Part shown: positions 62,101 through 64,000 of the stretch, one piece after another | Numbering within the stretch: position 1 is the first letter of the stretch | Layout of the letters: every line of letters starts with the position of its first letter | From: Tubiluchus corallicola | Lineage: Eukaryota; Animalia; Priapulida | Length of the DNA stretch: 64,000 nucleotides | Assembly (NCBI GenBank): GCA_030141605.1 | Contig: JAQGDQ010000122.1 | Span: 496,001 to 560,000 of the forward strand | Direction: 5' to 3' | Notes under the pieces: model-generated | What the model saw: the letters and a program-made list of their open reading frames with translations, nothing else | What the model was told of the DNA's origin: nothing | Databases searched by the model: none | Translations under genes and position numbers: made by a program

Positions 62101-64000
62101 AAAAAAGACCGCCAAAAGTGATTGACGTTGGCTGTTGACCAACAGCACTAGCAAAGGATTTTCTGCTTTTGTAAACAGCAGAAGTGATACGTGTTCTGTT
62201 TAGCTTCAAACAAATTAGCTTTGGATAACATTTCCGGTGTATCTTCAAACAAAATGAGTTTGGATAAAATTTCGGGTGACTGACAGCGCAGACTACAGAC
62301 CATGTCATTATCATGTCAAGAAAGCTAACTTTCAGAGCATTCTGCATCAGCATTAGAGCAACATCAAGAAACTGCAGAAGATCAAAGACTGTCAAAGATT
62401 TCCACCACAAAAGCACTATCTTATTTGGGCTAAAGCAAACTCATAACGCGGTCCTTTTTGCTTTCCAGAAACATCTTAAGATCCGTATGGAATCAGAATT
62501 TCATTCAGTACGTATTAGTGTGTAACGTAAAAGAACATGATTATTATTTTACTTAAGGTCAAATTAAAGATGGTCAACTTTTTGTATTCATAATGCAAAT
62601 TGTTATATTTTGGTTTTTGTATGATTGTTAATTAAATCGATTAATGTAATCAACTAATCTGCTTCTGCGAATTTGCAACACGAGAATTAACTCAAAGTCA
62701 TAAAATATAACACTATGACATTCTCATTAGGTTACAGAGATATTTCATTGCAGGGTAGAAACTTGATGTTTTAAACTAAACTAAACTAACTAACCAGTCA
62801 TAAGTAAAAAGGACAAGCCGTATAATAACATGTAAAACCACCACAGCTGAACATTTACTAGTACATGTATAACAAACAAATACTTGAAAACACTCAAAAG
62901 ACTTTTTTGCATTCGACTGCAACTTTATTTTTACAAGTAAAAATCTGGTTTTCAAATAGGAAAAGTAGAATATCTGATGAAGTGAATTTGTCTACTAGTA
63001 TGCACGTAATTAAGTAGGCAGTGTACTTTTCGACCTGTCTAAAGTAAAATTTGCTCCAAAGGAAGACGAATGTTTACCATCTGGTGACTTAAAAGAACCT
63101 CTTCTTTCACTTCCCACACCATCCCACGCGGCCACCTGCACTCCTTTCCTCAGATTCAAATGTTCTTTGAAGTCACTTTTTACGAGTTTCCTTACTTACC
63201 ATATACAAAGTTACAAGTGGCTATTAATTTCCAGCTTTCTAAAGGTGAGTGTAATGATCCCCGGCTCTCTCACTTCAGTAGATAATACCCTGGCTATCTC
63301 ATTACAATGCTTAGAGCTATTGCGCACCATTTCATCCAAACACATTTCTTTTCGCCGTGTTGTCAGCTTGAAACCTATTAAGTGATCAATGAGCATGCCA
63401 GATGCTTGTTTATCGTTGCCATGCCAACCGGCTGCAATTATACCGGACGATGCGCCGCTTTTGAAATTTCTTTTTGTAGAAAATGCTAATAGGCAACTGT
63501 ACAAGATGCGCATCATTTATAGCAAGATTTTGCAGTTGTAAAGCAATGACTAAGAAAATTCTAAATGCAATATTTAGTCTAAATTCACATTAATAAAGAA
63601 AAGGGGTTCTATTTTCACATGTTTCATGATGTTTAGTCATCGTTTCATGTACAGCCAAAATGATAATCAAGAAACCCTTTGGCTGGTTACATACTAGAAT
63701 CCGCCATCTACAAGTACAATAAACATTCGCATTTAACCAACCACAATCTGAAAACAAACTCCTGGTACAAAAATTTAAAATTTAAAATCAGAAAGTCTGT
63801 CGTCTAGATCAAATAAAATTTACCAGCAAACCTGCACCGTGGAAGGAAAGATTGGATTGACTTGGGTACATATACATACACATACAATGAAATGAGTTGA
63901 ACTTCGGGCATAAATAGTTACAAACCACATGTTTACTTCAAGGTATTGGCAATTTGCAATTTTTTACGCGATCCTAGTATTCGCTATTCATCGATATAAT

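Noticed and set aside
59130-64000. Missing LRIG 5' exons or a nested gene (e.g. ORFs 63211..63516, 62087..62416, 61279..61473)
   Set aside because: No LRR or signal-peptide exon with proper splice sites and no recognisable domain; interpreted as a large intron.

Overview
AT-rich animal genomic DNA, probably a lophotrochozoan invertebrate judging by the SLC23 subfamily type and repeat content. It has spliceosomal introns and no sign of prokaryotic operons or CRISPR. Genes reconstructed by hand: (1) an intronless, motif-degenerate class A GPCR (212..1183 +); (2) exons 1-3 of an SLC23/NAT transporter paralog (-), whose remainder is outside the window or lost; (3) a complete 12-exon SLC23/NAT gene (-, 597 aa); (4) an intronless ecdysoneless/ECD gene (-, 649 aa) head-to-head with (5) a 9-coding-exon RUVBL1/pontin gene (+, 456 aa); (6) 18 exons of an LRIG gene (-, 5' end outside the window). 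Introns and intergenic DNA carry MITEs and decayed LINE, CRE, hAT, tRNA-derived and 5S-derived pieces. Most notable: ECD and RUVBL1, whose proteins are known R2TP partners, are divergent neighbours; a bipartite motif CRCACYGCT-N7-TATTCTTCWCGA lies upstream of ECD and both SLC23 genes; a perfect 3x21-bp repeat triplicates a RUVBL1 splice donor in frame; and the SLC23 protein has substitutions at three substrate-site positions. All coordinates and identities were read by eye and need alignment or RNA-seq confirmation.
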